From a virus, in IMG/VR virus record IMGVR_UViG_3300036820_000002, positions 32,001 through 96,000 of that record: a stretch of 64,000 nt of DNA; one strand, given 5' to 3'. Under the pieces are notes generated by a model, which made no database searches, had not been told where the DNA came from, and saw only the letters and a list, made by a program, of their open reading frames with translations. How positions within the stretch are numbered: position 1 is the stretch's first letter; every line of letters begins with the position of its first letter. Of this stretch, positions 59,423 to 64,000 are shown in pieces. Both the position numbers and the translations under genes were made by a program.

Positions 59423-60112
59423 CTTTACCCCTGAGCGATGCTCACCGTTGACCGTGACCGCCGGAGGCGCTTGAGCTTCAAGCTCGTCACCCGTCAGTGA
59501 CTGCCCCTGACTGCCCCTGTGCGCCCCGCTGCCGGTCCGGGGTACCCGTCCTACGCCCTTCACCTCCCGAACCCGTCTGCGTGGCTGCCAGCCGCTTGCA
59601 GGGGGTACTGGGGTACTGCCCATCTCCCAGCTACGGCCGGGTTCCGCTCTCACCCGTCGGGCGTTCCTCTATTCGAGAAAACGCCCTCTGACGGTGGTCG
59701 CTCCGCTCCCCGTTTCTCTTTCTCCCCGTAACCTGAAGGTACACCGAGCCTATTGTAGACTCGTTTTTCTGCATTGACACGTAATTGCAGGTCAGCCGGC
59801 GTGTCGCGGTGTTCTGACTACCTACGTCCTCCCCTCCACGTGGTCCGCTTCCCCCACGCACTTGCGTATGGCCCTGAGAGCCTCTGTGGCGGGTCTACAT
59901 AGGGGGGCCAGTGTCATCACATCACCGAACCCCCGGTCGTCATTCTCCCTGCTCAGCAGCGTTGTGCAGGGGCACTCACGCACCACTACCCCGAGGTGGA
60001 GCTCTCCTAGTGACCGGAGTATGTACTCACGGTGATGTCAACCCCCTCTCTTTGTTACATTCCCTGGTGAGCATGTGGTGTTTCCGCAGCTCAAATATGC
60101 TGACAAGCGTAG

Positions 60113-60128
60113 TGTGACCTAGATCACA
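60113..60128. promoter_or_regulatory. CRP/GlxR-type box
   Basis: Perfect TGTGA-N6-TCACA (TGTGACCTAGATCACA). Confidence 0.55.
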
Positions 60129-60169
60129 GGGAAAGCTTTACAACCTCCTCCCACCTGGTCTTTCTTCTC

Positions 60170-61540
60170 ATCGGTGCTGGTAGTGGACGTGGAGTACCCG
60201 GAGAGCATGTGTTACGTTTCGGGGAGTTTCACAGCACGGTCCGCCGGTTCGGGGGCCGCTTCACTCGCACGACGTAGGTTGGTGGTCCCCCGTCGGGGGC
60301 CGGACGGAAACAGCAGCGACGGCTGACAACTTCATGACGGAAAACCTAGCGGGATGCGTGGATGTGGTCGCATCGTGGTGAGCTAGGGTCACTGATCCCC
60401 CGAGAACTACGGCAACGGTCCCCTGAGAATGGCGGAACCTAGCTCCATAAATGGGTAGCGATCACGGATCTTTGCAAGTGACCCAATACGGCGTAACACG
60501 CGGGAGTAACCCCCGTAACCCTGATGTCATGGGGTTCTTGCAGGTCAAAGTCACTGTTCTGTCCGGTAGCACATGTGCAAATGTGCGCAGTACCGGATTG
60601 CTGGTGACGCACCGATACGTTAGGTAGGGATCACGTGATCCCCGGGACAGGTCGTACCTGTTCCATGCGGACCGTAAACCGGACCGGTAGGTATTCACGC
60701 TGCCGGGAGGTGACTTGTCACCTCGGAACCAATAAGGCCGGACAATCGGGTAGCACAGTCCGTCATATGCCCATTGACATGTCCAGTACGACATGCGGAT
60801 GGGGTTCTCATGAGGTGATGCTGTCTTGGCGGTAGCCAGGCACAACGGAAGGGCCGCAGCTATGCCCTTGATTCTCCCTTGTGCCTCGGCGTGAACAGAC
60901 GGAGCGGTAGGTCCCGCTCCCCCGGTAAAGCACCAGGCAGTGATACAACCACCCGACATCACACGCAGCGGGCAGGACAGTTGACAGATGCCCTGTGCCG
61001 CGTGCAACCACTCCAAGGCAGTCCGCTTACGGGACACGCCGCACGACGGAGTGGCGTTACCCGTCGCCCTGGTCAGCAGAGATTCAGGTCCCATTGTCCT
61101 TACCCGATGGGCCGGTAAAGAGTGAACATTACTCTTCCGGTTACCACTTATGACATTGCGGCTTCTTCGCTGACCAGGGACCTTCGACGGCAGTTTTCAG
61201 AGTCGCCTTACGTTCATGGTGGCTCACGGCGGCTAAGCGTTCACGCTCCCCTTCCGCATGCCGGCAGCCTTCAGTGGCTAGCGGGTGCATGCTTGCGGGC
61301 GGCTCACTGAATGCGGATTCACCGTGAGCGGCTATGTCGGCAGGGAGACTTACCGACAGCACATACACCAGCCAGCGATCATTTACGGGTCGTTGGTTAA
61401 CGCCGTTAACCGCATCCAACGACGCAGATACCACGCGGGAACGTGGTTTGGCTCACTCCTTGAACAGGTCATGACACCCTTTACGGGTGACAGGGAATGC
61501 CTGCCCGGACAGTCCAGAGTATCCACGCGGTTACGGAAAG
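60170..61540 (+). ncRNA. Candidate large structured non-coding RNA or leader (boundaries approximate)
   Basis: No ORF with coding bias; dense local hairpins and long-range helices. Confidence 0.4.
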
Positions 61541-61548
61541 TCACTCAG

Positions 61549-61740
61549 ATGAGAAAGGTCATCGTGCCAATTTCTTCTTCGCCGAGAGCCCGGCGTGTCG
61601 CGGTGCTGGTCATCATCACCCTGGTGATGGTAACGGGCATCGCTATCGGTCACGTCACTACGTCGCGCACCGTCACGATCGTGTGCACCCAGACCGTTTC
61701 TCACGGTCAGAGCTACCTGAATAACTGTTTTTACCGGTAA
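61549..61740 (+). CDS. Small single-TM protein
   Basis: ATG after GGAAAG; TM segment VAVLVIITLVMVTGIAIG. Confidence 0.55.
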   Translation: MRKVIVPISSSPRARRVAVLVIITLVMVTGIAIGHVTTSRTVTIVCTQTVSHGQSYLNNCFYR

Positions 61741-61760
61741 GACCACGGAAAGGAACGTGA

Positions 61761-61991
61761 ATGGTCTACCTGTTCCTGCACCGCACGGAAAGCGGCGGTA
61801 TCTGGATGCCCCGGCGTGTTGCATGGTTCATCATGCGGCACGTCCAAGGACTGGATTACATTCCTCGCACGTGCCTCGCGTACTATTCCATCGCCGATTC
61901 CCACGACGGTGCGTGCTGCTACGCGTCGTACAAGCGCGGCGACGGCACCACCATGTCAGGTCGTCAGTGGTTCCGGGGGGCCCGTGACTAA
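61761..61991 (+). CDS. Early-type hypothetical protein
   Basis: SD AAAGGA. Confidence 0.6.
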   Translation: MVYLFLHRTESGGIWMPRRVAWFIMRHVQGLDYIPRTCLAYYSIADSHDGACCYASYKRGDGTTMSGRQWFRGARD

Positions 61992-62172
61992 CCTTCAGCG
62001 CTACTCCTCGCGGGAACTACGCGCCGTGTATTACGGCGGCAACGGCTACATCGTCCGCCGTGACACCTACCCCCGCCACCGACGTCAGGTCGTCTCGGTG
62101 TCCGTAGGCGTCCGGCAGGGACTTGCCGCCCCGTCCGGATTCACCGTCTTTACCTACCGGCGGCCGGCATGA
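61984..62172 (+). CDS. Early-type hypothetical protein
   Basis: GTG start overlapping the previous gene; ATGA coupling to the next. Confidence 0.45.
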   Translation: MTNLQRYSSRELRAVYYGGNGYIVRRDTYPRHRRQVVSVSVGVRQGLAAPSGFTVFTYRRPA

Positions 62173-62396
62173 ACGACGCCACCGACGTCATCCTAGAGCA
62201 GGCTAGTTACCGCAACGCGGTGAACAACAGCCGCGACGGTGCTGTTACCGAGATACCCGCATGGGTGGTGATGGTCCCCGGCAGTTTTTCCGGCATTGTC
62301 TATGACCCGTCGGTGCTGCTGGACAAGCTGAGTACCCCCGGCGCCACGGCCACGCGGGTCAGGCGCTACCGGCCCGTTAACCGGAAGACGATATGA
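62169..62396 (+). CDS. Early-type hypothetical protein
   Basis: ATGA overlaps at both ends. Confidence 0.55.
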   Translation: MNDATDVILEQASYRNAVNNSRDGAVTEIPAWVVMVPGSFSGIVYDPSVLLDKLSTPGATATRVRRYRPVNRKTI

Positions 62397-62641
62397 CGTA
62401 TGTCAAGATCGGTGATCATAAGTGCACCGACGAAACTGTTAGCCGTGCACTAGATCATCACCAGGACACGCGGCTTATACGCGGCTGGGTATGCATCGAC
62501 GGCGTGCGGATTATCACGCTGGCCGGCGGCGAGGTGCTGCGCTTGCACACCTTGCGCGACGCCGCGTTGCTTGTTCACGGACTTGGCAGCGCGGACCATG
62601 CAATCAGGTCTGGTAAGGCGAATATCACGTCGGGAAAGTGA
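62393..62641 (+). CDS. Early-type hypothetical protein
   Basis: ATGA coupling. Confidence 0.55.
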   Translation: MTYVKIGDHKCTDETVSRALDHHQDTRLIRGWVCIDGVRIITLAGGEVLRLHTLRDAALLVHGLGSADHAIRSGKANITSGK

Positions 62642-63063
62642 GGAGATCATTGGACCGAGACGGACCGACGCCGCTCGCTGAGCTTCTGGAGCTAGCCTGC
62701 CCCATGGAACTTCTTGAGGCTGGCGTCATCACGTGCGGCGAATTCGCCGCGATTACCTGCCGTTAAGCAGGAGGGCAGCCTCTGGCATGAGGAGCGGGAA
62801 ATACCCGCGTGACCGTTCAATCCGGTCACTGTCCGCCCGGCCACGCCAGAACGCGCTTGAATGCGCCGTAGGCGTGGCCGTACCACCTCTGAACAGAACT
62901 GCAAGGCTCACCCGCCCTGTTCGCCGGCAAGCGCGACGCTGTCCGGTTCATACAAGCCCACGAGTGCATCGCATTCGGTGCCGCCGACAATCCGCAACGC
63001 CAGAGAGAGCTATTCGGGCGTGTCATATTCCCCTCCGTCACCTGAAAGGACACTGACAGAGAA

Positions 63064-63450
63064 ATGACCTACACCTATTCAGAGGCTCGTGCGGCTGCTG
63101 AAGCCTACGCATGGGCACGCCACGACGCCGACCAGACGCTTACGTGCGCAAAAAACGGGCTGCGAGGTGACGGTAGCGGCTATGATTTCAGCCTGGCTTA
63201 CGCCGACGCCTGGAACGCATGGAATGCAAACACGCGTTCGTCAGTCTCTCCCCCCGGGCGGGCATGGGAGAACTGGCAGGCATCTCACGGCACGACCATC
63301 GACGCTACCCGCATCGTGATAATGAGCGTGGTGCTCACCGTCGCCTCTGGCAAGACCAACGATGAGATCGCCGATTCTGTCCGGCGTGAACTTGTCAGCC
63401 CGACTACCGGAGTGTTGTGGACGGTCAATGACGTGAGCGTGGTGACATGA
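63064..63450 (+). CDS. Early-type hypothetical protein
   Basis: SD AAAGGA; 128 aa. Confidence 0.6.
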   Translation: MTYTYSEARAAAEAYAWARHDADQTLTCAKNGLRGDGSGYDFSLAYADAWNAWNANTRSSVSPPGRAWENWQASHGTTIDATRIVIMSVVLTVASGKTNDEIADSVRRELVSPTTGVLWTVNDVSVVT

Positions 63451-63629
63451 CCGCATACGGGTACATCGCTCTGTACGGTGAACGCCGTACGGAGCTTTAC
63501 GCGGCTAGCTTGCATGAGGCTAAGCAAAAAGCTCTAGCGCATTTCAAGCCGCCAAAGAGCAAGCGCCACCTAGTCAGCGTGCATCTGGCAGAAATTGACG
63601 GCGAGACTGTCACGCAAACCACCAATTGA
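63447..63629 (+). CDS. Small phage protein
   Basis: GYIALY...ELYA.SL.EAK.KA...FK.PKSK.HL.SV.LAE; ATGA coupling. Confidence 0.7.
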   Translation: MTAYGYIALYGERRTELYAASLHEAKQKALAHFKPPKSKRHLVSVHLAEIDGETVTQTTN

Positions 63630-63741
63630 GACATCGTTAACCGCACGGGGGGGCATTGTCCCCCCTTTGCCATGGGGACACGCGGTGCGTGCCTCCATGG
63701 TGAAGAGAAAAGAAGAGATACGGAAGAAAGGACTTACGTCT

Positions 63742-64000
63742 ATGGAGCCCTCACGGATAGTGGCGTCCGCCATCGATGACATCTCTGACCGCACCTTCAG
63801 CTACGGCATGGAGATGATGGCGGAACGCCGGGGGGAATTCCCCGATGACCTGGCTATGAAACTGGCCGGAATCGCCATGGTGCCCGCTGCCAGGCAGGCA
63901 TTCGATGACTACCTGTCCGCCTACTGGACCGGCCGCCAGCTCCCCGGGTTCACCGACTACGCCAAGTCGGAGGTGGTCATCGGTGACGGTCTGCACGCGG
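63742..64000 (+). CDS. Hypothetical protein, truncated by window end
   Basis: SD AAAGGA; frame open to the end. Confidence 0.6.
   Translation, partial: MEPSRIVASAIDDISDRTFSYGMEMMAERRGEFPDDLAMKLAGIAMVPAARQAFDDYLSAYWTGRQLPGFTDYAKSEVVIGDGLHA

Noticed and set aside
59402-61434. ORFs of 60-210 aa in the long intergenic region
   Set aside because: No SD, no GC3 bias and no motifs; mutually overlapping on both strands.

Overview
GC-rich fragment of a large tailed (siphovirus-like) actinobacteriophage or prophage, in four blocks. (i) 0.7-15 kb, + strand: an array of 42 tRNA genes covering all 20 amino acids, interleaved with small ORFs and unexplained structured RNAs. These include a stand-alone copy of the 23S rRNA uL11/GTPase-associated centre (6409-6533), a DIP1984-family gene followed by a ~230-nt structured RNA, a GGQ release-factor-like gene, and a Ro/TROVE-like TerD-fusion gene followed by three Y-RNA-like RNAs. 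The three RNAs share one closing stem, and one carries a circularly permuted tRNA. (ii) 15.2-18.5 kb: GroES and a lysis/membrane cluster. (iii) 18.5-57 kb, - strand: virion operon with terminase, a portal-MuF-Nudix-ParB fusion, protease/scaffold, major capsid, adaptor, tail tube, frameshifted chaperone, tape measure and minor tail proteins, plus embedded glycosyltransferases. (iv) 57-64 kb: phosphoesterase, BRO antirepressor, a phased array of eight palindromes, a ~1.4-kb hairpin-dense non-coding tract, and small early-type genes. All calls come from reading the sequence by eye. Family names are from motif recognition and RNA folds are hand-paired; no searches or folding programs were run.
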